From contig VJWM01000016.1 of NCBI GenBank assembly GCA_010909165.1, forward strand, positions 248,001-312,000: a stretch of 64,000 nt of DNA. Reading direction: 5' to 3'. This document shows, piece after piece, positions 38,086 to 51,069 of this stretch. The notes under the pieces are model-generated. The model was not told the DNA's origin, made no database searches, and saw only the letters and a list, made by a program, of their open reading frames with translations. This stretch comes from Anthoceros angustus (taxonomy: Eukaryota > Plantae > Anthocerotophyta). Made by a program: the position numbers and the translations under genes. Positions within the stretch are counted from its first letter, which is position 1, and every line of letters begins with the position of its first letter.

Positions 38086-41000
38086 GCGGGGCGCGGCTGC
38101 TGCCAACCGGCTGTTACTGCACATGCGGCCGCCAGTGCGATGGAGGAGATAATTTGGCGGCCGACTTTGTAGGGAAGTGGGCAGGCTGCGGCCCAATAGG
38201 CTGCGATGGAGGTGCTTTGGCGCCCCGCCAATCTGCGTCACGAGGATGGCTGGCCATGCGATCGCCTGCGATGCGCCTTAACGGACATTCGCCCACCTGG
38301 GCAAGGCGGCCAAGGCGCAACCCATGTGGTTGCGCCAAGGCGCAACAGGCGCATGCGGGGGACCCGGCATCCCTTGCTCCTTCTCGGGTGCCGTGGGCGG
38401 AGGAGGAGGTGGGGCAGGCGGTGAGGATGGTGGGGCAAGCGGCTCCGGGAAGGAGCCGTGCAGGCGCCCGGTGAGAGTGGAGAGAACGAAACCGAGGAGG
38501 GAGGAGGCGCCCCGCAGGACGATGGGCGTGGGGGTTGCGAGCGAAGGGGCGAGGCGCGCGGAGGACAACAATCGGAAGACTCCGATGGTAAGTGAACCGC
38601 ACAATCCGCCGTGGCTGTTTGACAATGCTTTGGTTCGATTGTCATTGTCATGCCTCGTAATCTTTGGTTGCAAGTGGTGAACTTTGCCATGCCATGGTAC
38701 TCATATGTCAGTTGGGTTTGCGGTGTGGGCCGGAGTGGGCAGACCAGCCCTCTGAGGTCATCTACGGCAGGAACTTCGTTCGCATCCGCTATCTGACGTG
38801 CGTCGTCGAGATCGAGCGGAGGCTGGCGGCGAAGGCTGGAGCGGAGGGAGGCAAGGCGAGAGAGCTGGCCGAGCTCATCGTTGAGCTCGAGGCAGCCCGT
38901 GGGCACCGGAAGAGGAAGAGGTGCGGCCCAGGGGCGGCGGCTAGCGATCAGGCGCGGGCGCGATGCAAGGCGAGTGCGGGCGAACCCGGTGCCGAGGCGT
39001 GAATGGGGCCAGCACGGTGGGGAGGGGCCACCGCCCAAGGCCGCAACAAGGTGGGGCATCCACGGCTCAATGGAGCTCCGAGTATGGTAACAGCGAAGTC
39101 CAATGCGATTGCAATCGACGCCGCCATGGCGCCATCGGCCTCCTTCTTGAAGTGGTGGAGAAGGTGCGCAACCGAGGTCCGCACCGACATGGAGGGAGTG
39201 ATGGACAGACTCCGGCGGCCGGGCCGACAACGCGGCCGATGGGAAATGCCCGCTGCGGCTGCGTTCATGGAATACATGAAAGATGGCCGCATCCTCCATG
39301 CCATCGGGCCAATGTGCAAGCGGTTCTTGGTGGTGGGCGCCACCTCTCATCGCCCCGCCACGCCTTCCGGTTTCGGTCCCCCCTTCCCATTGGTGCCGGG
39401 ATGAACCTCCCCAACCTCACGAGGGCAGTGGTGCACAGCCTGGCCTGTGGGTGCACCTCCCATGTCCGGTGCGGAGGACATTCGGCCCCTCCACGGCCAG
39501 GCGGACAGGCGGGACTGCGGAGGAGGAGCCAAGTTCGGAGCACAAGAGGATGGAGGCTGCTCGAGGCTCTTCCGCGCGGCCGTAGGCGTAGGGAGGTGTT
39601 TTTTTTGTGGCGCTCCCACCATGAGGTGTGGCGCTTGAGACTCGGATGTTTTTGGTTGAGCAGCGGCCTCGATTGTGCGCGGTGTCGTAGGACGGAAGTG
39701 GATTTGTAGGGGCCTTGATGACATTTGTTTGATGAGTTGAGGGAGAGTGTGAAGCATGTTCGGATCTGTAATGCCGCATTGCATGGTTTCCTTCCGATCG
39801 TGTTCGGTTTGAAAGGTGAAGTCTTAGGTGGGAGGAAGCTTTGCACGATTAGCATCACATGACCTTCGATGGCCACCTTGTACGCAGGAGATGCACGATG
39901 GGGAAAAACATCGATCGAACATGTTCGCGGCTAACATCCGGCCACGGGGCGACGGTGAAAGGGAAAGCGCTTGAGCAAGTACCATGCCCAGTGGGGCTTC
40001 CACGGGGCCGAGACATGTCCGATCCGATATATATGTCCATGTGGTGGGAAAACCCTAAACATGAGTGTATACAAACATAAACCCTAAATGGCGAAAAGAA
40101 AAGTGGATGACAAGATCCAACACCAGGCCAAGTTCGAGACAAAAACTTTTGTAGCCGCCTACGGCCCGTCACTGATGTGGCGCTGTGATGTCGTGAAGGC
40201 ATCTTGAAGATGCGCTATAGCATCTTCCCTGTAGAATCTGGGAAGAAAAAAACATTCACACACACACACGGCTTAGTGGCGAGTGATCGAGTAGTTCCAT
40301 ACTTACGTCTACAACCAGCTGAAACCCATAAGGTTAATGTAGCTCTTGGTGTCGGGCGATGATGGGGAGACACGACGGATACATGGTCTGGTGAAGTAAG
40401 AGGCTCATTGGTTGCGGTTGGGCGAAATAAAGCGGCTGGCGTTATGGTTTTATGCAGTGATAGAAATTGCAGTCTTTCGTTGAGATATCTAAAAGGCAAT
40501 GTTAGATTGACCAGGCCAAAGAGATGAGTGTTCTTGCACTTTACACGTTTGTATTTGAAACTTTCAAGGCTATGAAGAATCGAGCTCGTGGAGGCAGAAG
40601 TAACACTCGCGTCCGGGGTTTGCCTCAAAATCGCATGTGCATGAAGTGGAGCTATGGGATCGTCTCCAATATCGAGATGCAAAAGAAATACACGGACAAT
40701 AGTGGCCGATGACATACATTACATTTCACGTATCTCGGAAACGTCCTCTTGCGCCAACTCCTACTCGGGTGGTGTCAGTCAAGAGACTTTCAATTGATGC
40801 TAACTGTGCACACTTTGCGTACGTATTTGCCGCCGATCTTATTGTTTCCTAAAGTACACTTCATCCGGACTGTACAAGGCCACAAGGCGGAGCATCAATT
40901 TGACGGCGGTGAGGATCCCGGGTATGCAAACGTCGGTGAATCGTGAGTGGATCCTCTACGCATCATCTGTTGTTTCCTTTTGCTTGGTGGATGGGGTCTT

Positions 41001-41094
41001 GACTTCCTTCACAATCTCTTGAGAGGAGGTCCGAGGTGAGCTATGCTCTTTCTGTAGATTGGGCTCCTACACGGCACAAGCGTGGAGTGCCACT

Positions 41095-41101
41095 ATAAAA
41101 G
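41095..41101 (+). promoter_or_regulatory. Candidate TATA box upstream of the Plavaka transposase
   Basis: ccacTATAAAAggagg, ~830 bp upstream of ATG 41925. Confidence 0.35.
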
Positions 41102-41924
41102 GAGGCTAACATCGCAATCTCAAAGATCACGAGTTGAAGAAGCATTGTGAGGCTGTTTGGCATGCCGGGTTTTTGGTTTTAGTTTTCGTTTGGTGGTGCC
41201 AATCAACATCGCTCTTCTTGGCATCCATTATCGGTCTTGCATACCCACTTTCGTGAATTTGCACCTTGTTTTTGTGCATTTCCTTGATGGTTTTTGCAGA
41301 GTTGGACGTGTTGCTGACTTGAGTTCCGTAGTCTTGCACGGAAGTAGTCTCACGATTAGTCACGAGCTTGGCATAGTTTTCGGTCAGTTAGTTGCCCGCA
41401 TCGGCCGGAGTTCACAATCTCACAGGGACAACTTGGGCTGTGAGAAGGCATAGTTCCTTAAATGAGACTTTGAGACTTTGCAGCGCCTCTTGGTTGGAGT
41501 CGATTCTTTACACCGACTCGCGAATTTGTGCAGTAAAGTTTGCATTGGTTTGGCCCGGCAATTAAGCAGTACGAACGGCAGCGGGGGTATCTTGCGACGC
41601 GTCGATGAGTTTGTTGCTGCAAGTTTTGGTCCTCACTTTGCAGGCATGTGGACCATTTACATTCCAACTTGATTGGCTTGTTCATGGTGGCAGACCAGGG
41701 CTACTTTGCTTTCGAGACTCCACTTATCCTACTCTTTGCCTTGGCGAGGATATAGTGCAGAAGCGGCCCAGCATCACCAAGATTGAAGGGCGTGATATGT
41801 CAAAGGATTTAGGAGTGGCATGGAGCTCTGATGGAGTGGCAAGATTGTTTGAGCCCTCGTCTGAACACCCAAATGCAAGATTGTTTGTTGCTTGCACTCC
41901 TGGAGTCTGTGCTGAACGTACAAT

Positions 41925-44900
41925 ATGAAGTTTGATTGTCTTCATTGTGGGATAAAAAATTTTGGACACTTAGGAGCTCTATCCCGCCATCAACAGAGTT
42001 TTAGATGTCAGAGTGCTCAGCGAAGGAATGCGGATAGGGAGGAAAGGGAACGGACTAATGTTGACAGGGAGGAAAGAGCAGATCGGGGGAATGGGAAAGG
42101 ACTAATGTTGACAGGGAGGAAAGGGAAAGAGCACACCGGGAGGAATGGGAAAGGACTAATGTGGACAGGGAGGAAAGGGAAAGAACTGACCATAAGGAAA
42201 GGGAAAACACTAACTATGAGGAAAGGGAAAGAGCTGACCATGAGGAAAAGGAAAGGGCTAATGTTGATACAGAGGAAGGGGAAAGACCTGACAGGATCAT
42301 CTTGGAGGGACAGATCATGTCGTCGGAGGAGAGCAACTTGGCAGCCTCTAGTACCACAATCAGCTCTGAAGAAAGTGGGAGTGAAGATGACGTGGAGAGC
42401 AGTACTGATGACCGTGTCTTGGCTGAGCTTACTTCCAAGGCCTTTGATTCAACCTTGCATTTAGTCAAAGTTATCATGGACTGCAGAAATGGTGTGGGAA
42501 TGTCTCAAAGGAATGTTTCTGCATTGTTTTGTTGCTTGTTTCATCCTGAATTTAATTTGAGTGATGTGAAGGTTCATATTGTGGATGAGTTGAGAGCATT
42601 TCAGGAGCAGATGGTTAGAGATTCAGAAGCTAGCTATGAAGATTCGGGGTGGCATGAGATTAATTTGAGGCCAAATGCAACTGACCCTGTAATTTTGAGA
42701 TATCGCAATGTTGTTTGTGTGCTTGCAAAATTATTCTCTGACAAACGCAACAAGCGAAAGTTTGCATTAAGAGCTGAACGTGGTGTAGAAAAGTATACCA
42801 CTGCTCAGACAGGGAAATGGTGGTCCACCATGGAGGTATTATACTTTCTACTTGATGGACCTACTAGTATCGATTGAGCCATTCATCCTTTTCATTCCAA
42901 TCTTGATGTTAATTATTTGCTACTTGTAGGATCACGTAAAATGTGAAGGAGCTGTTATATCACCTCTCATTTTATATTCAGATGTGACAAGCTTGTCAAA
43001 TGATCAAAAAGTGACAGGATATCCCTTGGTTATGACCATTGCAAATATAGCTTGCTCCAATCGATCATTGGAGCATGGACATGTCCTGTTAGCAATTTTA
43101 CCAGTCCTTGGAAGTTCTGGCCGTTCTAGAAATAAGAAAGTGGAGATGCTGGAGATTTTTCAAGATTGCTTGAAGACCATTCTTCAACCACTTAAAGATG
43201 CTAGCTTCAAGTGAGGTCCTCTTTCATCCGATAGCTATCATGATGAATCAATTATAGTTAGTTCATGATTCAGAAGTTGTTAGTAGCTTGGCTTCATGAA
43301 ATTAATGTTAAATCGAGTGACTACTTGCTTGCATACTAGTGGTATAGCTCTACTTGATCCTCATGGAAACAGCCAATGGGTCTTTCCTATGCTATACGCC
43401 TATGTTCAAGACCATCAAGAGGGCTGCAAGGTAAATTTTTAGATTTTCAGTTTGTATTGATGGCCTTGTAACCTAAGTTTTCAGTTCTGATTCCAACTTG
43501 CAATAATTAGATTTGTGCTTGAAGGGAATTGATGCTATCATGTCTAGTACTTCAACCACCGTTGAATAAATCTTTTGGAGCATTTACTAATTCATAGCAA
43601 CTTGGTTGTAGTGACGTGCACGTATGACACAAATCGATGTTCATATCCTTGTAGCTGCTGCCTAGTCCCTCGGGATCTTTTGAGTTCTGTAGGTATAAGG
43701 CATATGTACAGGACTGAAGAAGGAGCAAGGAACATCTACAATATTATGGTCGAGGAGGCTAGGAGGGGCAATATAGCATTCGCTAGGCGTTTGTCTAAGG
43801 ACAATTCTGTCCACCCTGTAGAGGTTTGCTTGTTGTCTACTAATCACACGATACCAGTACTTTTAAGGTTTTCTTTTTTGTTCCTACTGGAGTGTTGCTA
43901 ACTAGCCCAACCCTGAAACTTGTGCAGTGTGCACTCCTGGGATTCAACGGAGGTGAAACTGAGCTAGGAAGTGCATTTCGTGCGATTCACACAGAAATTC
44001 TTCACCAATCTGACCTTGGATTGGCCAAGATGCTTATAGGAATATTGATTGAAGCTGCCACTAGTGTATGTCGGGTGAGGAAACCACTGCAAGTTATGGA
44101 TGAACGGTTGAGGCATCTCAAAATGTTTCACCGGTACTCCGAGTACAGAGTTCCAGGAAATGACCAGCATGGATATTTTACTTCAAACTCGAATTTTGCG
44201 GCGCATGAACATCGAGCTGTGCTACAAGTAATAGTACCGTGTATGGTTGGTGTTTTTCCAAACTCTTTTATTAGCACATTTGTTCACTTTCTGGAGTGGT
44301 ATAGAGTGGCATGTCGCAGCCCATTTCATACAGAAGAAACACTTCAGGAGATGGACAGATTAATGGTCAGGTGATTATCCTCTTGGCTCTAATTCTTGAT
44401 TTTGTTACCGAGGCTAGTCTAGCAAGTTGTGATTGTCCTTTGATGTTTAGAGTTCTGACTGTGAGTATTTTCATATTTTTAGAGCTGTGCAATCAATGAA
44501 AAGCAACCTAGGGGACTGGCAAGTGTCCAGTTTTGATACTGTAAAAGTACATGCTATGGTACACCTTTCTGATTGTATTCGGCGTTCCGGTTTGCCTTGG
44601 GAATTCAGCGCAGAAATGTATGAACATATGCACATTGCGCTATTGAAGACTCCGTATCGTGGTAGCAACCGGCGTAAGTATCTTGACCAGATTGTAAAGC
44701 ATCACCAATGCCTGGAGGCTCTGCGAAGTCAAACAGACAATATGGAAGGCTTTGCTCCCCGAAAGGAGAGAACAACTCCCTTAGACATTGTAAGTGACTT
44801 AGTGTGAGTGCTATGTATTATCGCTCCTAATAGGATCAAGCGATCATGATATGTTTTTTCTCGTGGTTGTAGGCTGTTAGGACTGGAACAAGCAGGTTAT

Positions 44901-45618
44901 CTGGCAAATGTATACGACTAAAATTCTCATGGTTGCAACCAATTGGACCTGAAATACTTCCGACGAAAGCTACTAAGTTTCTTGCAGTTCAGCCAGAGTT
45001 ACAAATGCATTTGCAATCAGAGTTGCAATCATTTTTATCACAGAATGAGCTCATTCTACATCATGGGCAGGCTAGTCCTTGTTATGTGCTCTTTGGTTTA
45101 CATGATACCCTCTAAGTTGTTGTACCTTGAGTGATTTATATCTTGACCATTTTCATCATTGTGTTTGTTTTTAGAGTATCGTGGTGAAGTCAAGCCTTGC
45201 TATGACTGCTGGTCCTGGAGAGAGGCTTGGGGATTGGCCAATGTACCTACGAGCTAGCCAAAACTTTCATGGAAGGTCTTGGTTCTCGGATGTTAGCATT
45301 CAGATGGAATCACAAGGGCAAGAAGAAAAGACTTGGTATGGACAGCTACGCTTGTTGTTTATGGTCAAACTTACAACTCCAGATGGCACACCTACGACGA
45401 AGGAATTGGCTTTTGTGAAGCTTTATCGAAAAGTACAGTCTCTAACTCGCATCAGCAGGATCATCAATTGTCAAGAGTTGAAATGGGCTAATGCTACCAC
45501 CAGACGGTCAGGATATATGGTGGTTGACATAAGTAGTATACTTAGAGCACATCACTTGGTTCCAAATTGGAGCACCGGCAGTTCTGGACACTTTTTTGTG
45601 AACAAGTATAAATTTTAA
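41925..45618 (+). CDS. Plavaka-family transposase (~960 aa, 8 exons: 41925-42835, 42930-43210, 43340-43430, ~43611-43823, 43928-44370, 44483-44789, 44873-45070, 45175-45618)
   Basis: N-terminal Zn finger CLHC..LSRHQQSFRC; YRNVV; TGKWW; PLILYSDVTSL; YPLVMTIANI; AYVQDHQEGC; PCSCCLVP; EILHQSDLG; KVHAMVH; SAEMYEHMHI..KTPYRGSN; YGQLRLLF; ILRAHHLVP; FFVNKY. GT-AG introns (one probable GC-AG) join in frame except for 1-nt lesions at ~42087 and ~43611. Confidence 0.88.
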
Positions 45619-45849
45619 CTCTTCAATTCGATCATAGTAAACTTGTCTCATCACTTCTCAGAACATGCATGATAACATGTTCATTTCCACTTGACTTGAT
45701 GCTTTTGTGTCAATCTGTCAATCTAGCCCTCTTGCCTCAAACACTACATGGATTTCTCAGAATTCCTCTGAGAATGTTTTCCAATTACACATTCTAATTT
45801 TCAAGCAGAACCATATTTGTGGTAAACGCTCAGCTCCTGGCTAAGATTG

Positions 45850-47880
45850 GCATGCAAGTACACAAACGCGCGGGGAGGTAGGCAGGGCCCTTCACTTGCA
45901 GATTCGGGAAAGAGGGTTGGAACGGGATTTGGTTGTTGGCAACTGCCTGGTGGATAGGTCTGCAAAGTGTGGCAGTTTGGAGGATGCTCGTACAGTGATG
46001 GAATGTGCAGGAGAGATGTGGTGACCTGGACCCCCATAATTGTTGGATATGCTACCTCTTTGCGTGCTCAAGAAGCTCTAGCGTTGTACATGGAAATGCA
46101 GAATGAGGGCATCACTCCATCGAATCATGTTACGTATGTCTGCCTGTTGAAGGCATGTGGCATCGTTGGAGCATTGTGTCAAGGGAAGCAGCTGCATGGC
46201 CAGATTCAGGTCCAAGGACAGGAGCTGACGCGACCATTGGCAGCAGCCTTGTGGACATGTATGCGAAATGCGGGAGCTTGGAGGACGTGCGTGGAGTGTT
46301 TGACAGATTGACAGTCAATGATGCTGTCACATGGAATGCTATGATAGCGGGATTTGCTCAGCATCGGCCTGGTTAAGAATCGCTGAAGCTCTTTTCAAGT
46401 ATGCAGAAGGAAGGTATTGTTCTACCAGATCACTCAACTTTTGTGTGCCTCTTGAAAGCGTGTGCCAATATTGGGGTTTGACGTGAAGGTAGAAAGATTC
46501 ATTCCAAGATTCTGGAGCGAGAATTGCATGGTGATGTGGTCCAAGGCAATGGCCTGGTGGACCTGTATTCTAAATGTGGCAGCTTAGAGGATGCCTGCAG
46601 AGTGTTCGATGATCTGCCCGCAAGAGATGTGGTAATGTGGAATGCCGTGTTCATTGGATATTCTCAGCATGGGCTTGGGCAAGAAGTCCTGACTCTATAT
46701 ACAAGGATGCAGCAGGAAGGCATCACTCCAGCCGATCAAATAAAATTTGCCTGCGTGCTGAAAGCATGTGACAGAGTTTGAGCTTTACATTTAGGGAAGC
46801 AGCTGCATTCCCAGATTCGAGATGAAGGATTAGATGTTTTTGACAGCATGAACACACAGGATGTGGTGACATGGAATGCTTTGATTGATGGGTATGTAAG
46901 ATGTGGTGAACTGGAAGATGCACGCCAGGTATTCTACAGCATGGCGACTAAGAATGTGGTGACTTGGACGGCATTGATTGCTGGGTATGCCCAGCAAGGT
47001 CTTGGACATGAGGCGCTTGGTCTGTATGGGCAAATGGAGAAGGAGGGCCTGATTTTGGCTGACCATTGTACGTTTTCTTGCCTTCTGAAGGCCTGTGCAA
47101 GCACTGGTGCCTTACAGAAGGGCAAGCAGGTGCACTCACAGATTGTTGAGAGAGGACTGCTAGATGACGTAGTGTTGGGTGACTGCCTTGTGGACATGTA
47201 TACAAAATGTGGCGAACTAGAAGATGCACGCCAGGTTTTTGACAGCTTCAACACCAAGGATGTGGTCACATGGAATGCCCTGATAACTGGGTATGGTACT
47301 TGTGACGATGGTCAGAATGCACTAGCTTGTTTTGAGGAGATGTTAGTTGATGGCATTCAGCCTGATGGTGCTACTTTTATTTGTCTTCTAGCAGCATGCA
47401 GTCATGAGGGACTGGTCCAGGAGTAAGCACTTCGATTCCATGGCTGAACAGCATGGCATCGAACCTACTATTGAGCATTACAATTGCATGATTGATCTTC
47501 TTGGGCGTGCGGGCCATTTAAATGAGGCTGAGAAGATGCTGTTGTCATGTGAGGGCCAAAGTAATGTTGTGGCCTTAAGGTCTTTGTTGAATGCCTGCAA
47601 AAGTCACGGGGATATAGAGAGGGCGATGTGGTGTTTTGAAAGCATTGTTAGGCTGGACCCTCAGCGGGCAGCATATGTGCTCATGGCTAACGCCTATGCA
47701 GATGCAGGTATGTGGACCGTTGTAGACAGGATTGAAACACAAAGAACGGTAGCAGGAGCTAGCAAGAAACCTGCTGTGGCGACTATTGAGGTGAATAAGC
47801 AGGTACATAGATTTCTGGTGGGAGAAAGGAATGAGCATATTGCACAACAGGATCCATCTACCCTTTTGAGGAATTCCTGA
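45850..47880 (+). pseudogene. PLS-class PPR protein of the DYW:KP (KPAxA) type; lacks the N-terminus and catalytic DYW part; stops and frameshifts
   Basis: Repeated LVDMYxKCGxLEDARxVFD / DVVTWNALIxGY / TFxCLLKAC; HYNCMIDLLGRAG; E motifs; KKPAVATIEVNKQVHRF at 47764-47814; intronless. Confidence 0.9.
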
Positions 47881-48190
47881 TGATGGATGGCCGGAAATGA
47901 CAGTAAGCCCATCATCATCCGTGGCATGCCTCAGAGCTTCCGTTCGAAGATGGTATGGCCCTTTCGTCGGTGGAGTCACAGAGACTGACAGACGCAGAGC
48001 AGCAGGTTTCAAGTCTCCTCCGCCTGGTCTAGGTGACAAAAGCGGAAAATTCTTGTCAAGTGATAAGGTTGGAGAAGCCAGCAGCTCCTTCCACGAGATA
48101 GACAGTGTGCCAATTTGCTTGGAGGCCGTGAGCTTGCTGAGCATGCCGTACTTCTTGAGAAGCCCGAAAACCAGCTCACATGGTGTCTCT
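47846..48190 (-). pseudogene. Fragment of a glycine-rich domain-containing protein (GRDP1/2 family)
   Basis: ELVFGLLKK..SKQIGTLSISWKELLASPTLSL..LRLSVSVTPPTKGPYHLR...TDDDG..IS...PQKGRW parallels the GRDP pattern as I recall it, SWxxLLxxPxL..SxTPPxxxPYxL...TDDxG..PQxGRW. Confidence 0.7.
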
Positions 48191-49711
48191 TCGCCATTCT
48201 AATGGTTCCCTACTCTTTGTCATTTCTGTGCTTTTCATGTGCCGTTTTAGATTTTGGACCTGGTTCATGGTCATGGACAGCACAACTCCCGAGAGTGGAC
48301 ACAAAACCCCTGCAAGATTTCCAAATTCTAGCTACCTGGCTGGAATCGACACAGTTCGACGACTTTTGGGTCTGGTTTCGTCATCCCAGGTGATATTTTC
48401 CCTCAACCCTCGCCGATCCTTTCTTTCTGGACACATGGTCGGCTGAATGTGGCCTGAATTCCAATACATGCAGTGACCCTCTCCTTTTGAATTCGAGCAG
48501 TACGGTGGTGGCATTTCGTGGCAGCTATACATGTATGATGAGAGTCCTGACGGTTCATCAACATCGACTGATGATCGGAAAGCTGCCCCGGCTCTGGCTA
48601 CGGATATGTCACAAGACATATCCGACTGTACAACATGTTTCTGGATAGTGCTTTGACAAGTCATGCCACTGTCGTTTGCAGACATTCTCCCATATTGGGA
48701 ACCTCGGCCACCAAGCCGCTGGAGGCAAGTGGTTGGCGACATTCCAAAACACGGCGTGCTTCTTTCGGATGAGGCTGCTGTACCAGGTTTTGGTTTTCGT
48801 TTCGTTTCTGTTCATCTGCGGCAATGCTTGCAGTCGTTTCAGCTCTGGAGAGAAGTGCATGCTATCTCAGTGCTGATTTCTGCATTAGAGGAGGATATCT
48901 TTGTCTGTGGGTGATTACCAGTTGGCCAATGTGGTGCAGAAGAGAAATCTGGCGCTGGCATATTTGTAGCAGGAAATCGAGGTGCAGGCGCTGTTGAGAT
49001 ATCCAAAGGATAGTTCAGCCGGTTGTACAAAGAGGTGAGAGTTCTTGCACTTCACATGTTTGTGTGCTGAAACTTTCAAGGCTGAAGAATTTGAGCTCGT
49101 GGGCAGGTAACATCGCATCTGGGGTCTGCCTCAAAGCTGTATGTGCATGATGGAGCAATTAACTGCGAAGCTGGAAGAGGAGCAGACCAAGGCCTGAGCT
49201 CAGGAGCAACCCGTCACCCTCGATCCGTCAAGTTCACAGCTAGGTGAGTTCTCCTCGCTAACTAGTAGTTAGTGAAAAGATAACTAGAACACCTAGTTAT
49301 CTCTTCGCTAAATGGTCAGACGAGAGGTTGTTGCCGAATAAATGAGCTTAACTGGTCACTATGGTGCAGTCTCCCGGACGAATTGTTGGCGACCAGGCGG
49401 GGCTCTGCGCTGTTCTAAGTTGGTGCTCGTCAGGCGTTGTTCTTCGGTGGCCGTTTCTGCCAGGCTCTGCATTCTCTTATTCTTGCGTAAGTGAATTCTT
49501 GCCTTGTCTGTTTTCCTCAACTTGCTCCCTGTCCACTTTCATTTTCTCGCCTTGTCCGTTTTCCTCAACTTGCTCCCTGTCCACTTTCATTTTGTCGCCT
49601 TGTCCGTTTCCTTCAACTCTCTCCTTCCACTTTCGTATTCAAACTTGCTTTGTCCGTTTCCTTCAACTTGCTCCCCCTTCTACTTTTGTGCCAGTCGTTA
49701 GAGATAATCAA

Positions 49712-51069
49712 GATGACCAGTAGACGCATTAGAGCTTCAGCTCCAAGTCAGAAAGAGGACAATAGAGCTTCAGCTCCAAGTCAGAAAGAGGACAACAGAG
49801 CTTCAGCTCCAAGCCAGAAAGAGGACACACGAGTTTCAGCTCCAAGCCAGAAGGACAATGAGAGGCCTAATTGGACGTCTGATAAGGCAGCCTGTTACGA
49901 GATGAGGTCGAAGTCTCATATGGAAGCGATTGCGGCGCAGCAGCAGAAGCCAGTTGAGGATCGAGCTGCCTTTATGGCCAGAAGGAACTGTACCTTTATG
50001 GCCAGAAGGAACTGTATTGGCACGGAGGAGCGGTTAGTTTAAGACCTCTTGAGTTTTTTGTCTCTCCGTGTCTTACAGCAAGTTTCCAGTTTTGTCGACT
50101 AAATTTCTATCTGTTTGGTCTGATGCTAGGGGATTTGAAGGCCGAGGAATTGTGAAGAGGTCAAGAGAGGCTGGAGAGACTCTTCTTCACACCAACACAA
50201 AGGCAAAAGTTCACAATGAAAACGCATCATAAATGTTAGTGCTCGAGTTCATATGTTTCTATAGCCCCTTGCACCTGTTTCCAATTTAAGTTTTTGGTTT
50301 GTTTGGCAGGCTCACTGTTGAACTCCTGAAGGAAGAGAATAAAAAGCAGCGGGACTTATTAAATTTGATGCAGCGGACGACAGATATGGCTTTGAAACTG
50401 TCAAATGTCAACAAACCGGATTACATGGACTCAAAATCTTTGAACAGGAAAGTCGGCATACTGCTTGCAGATGTCATGCTTGGCAGGACCTCGGAGGCTA
50501 CTTTTTTCCCTAGTGATGATTGGCTGCAGAAGAGTATCATGGCTGCGTATTTCATTCAAGAAGATCAGAACGCACGCTGTGAGTTCCAAAAAAATTGGAT
50601 ATCTACAGTACACCGTCATGTTGGAGTCATTGTGCGGAATAAGAGATGCAGTTACACAAAGATCTTAAGAGAGACACTTTACGCTAAGATTGGTTCGCCG
50701 AAACCTAGATTAAATGCTCCGAGGGGTGATTTGATTGATTGGGAAAGTAAATTGGAAGATGTAAACAAGTCATTAGACTGGAGAGAAGTTTTGGACACCG
50801 ACACAGGTATGCTGGATGATTGGGGCGCTGATCCTTTAGTGGCTTGCATTGCGGCTGTGTTTTATGGAACAGGTAGAGTTGAAATTGTTTGTCCAATCGA
50901 GCTGAACATCCAGCAAGCGGCTTTCTTATTCCATGTCGCAGAGCTTGCCATGGAGGGGAAAACGTTAAGAATGCCGCAACACCACCAGCAAATCGTGAAT
51001 ATGGAGCATAGAATTCGAGCATCCATGGGTTCAATGACAAAGTTTCATATAGTAGATTTTGATAATTAG
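49712..51069 (+). pseudogene. Second ORF of unknown function, putative Plavaka partner (3 exons: 49712-50032, 50130-50234, 50310-51069)
   Basis: N-terminal RASAPSQKEDN repeats (33 bp x4); GT-AG introns; ~250-aa open last exon; two stops in the middle exon consistent with C>T changes. Confidence 0.55.

Noticed and set aside
36875-39709. Long overlapping ORFs (up to 370 aa) on both strands
   Set aside because: Expected from very high GC and tandem repeats; Arg/Pro/Ala-rich with no domains
40051-40090. Telomeric repeats (aaaccctaa)
   Set aside because: Only isolated telo-box-like copies, also at ~10823; no array
40207-40234. Helitron 3' end (hairpin aagatgc-gctata-gcatctt)
   Set aside because: Stem is short and AT-rich and is not followed by a canonical CTRR-T terminus
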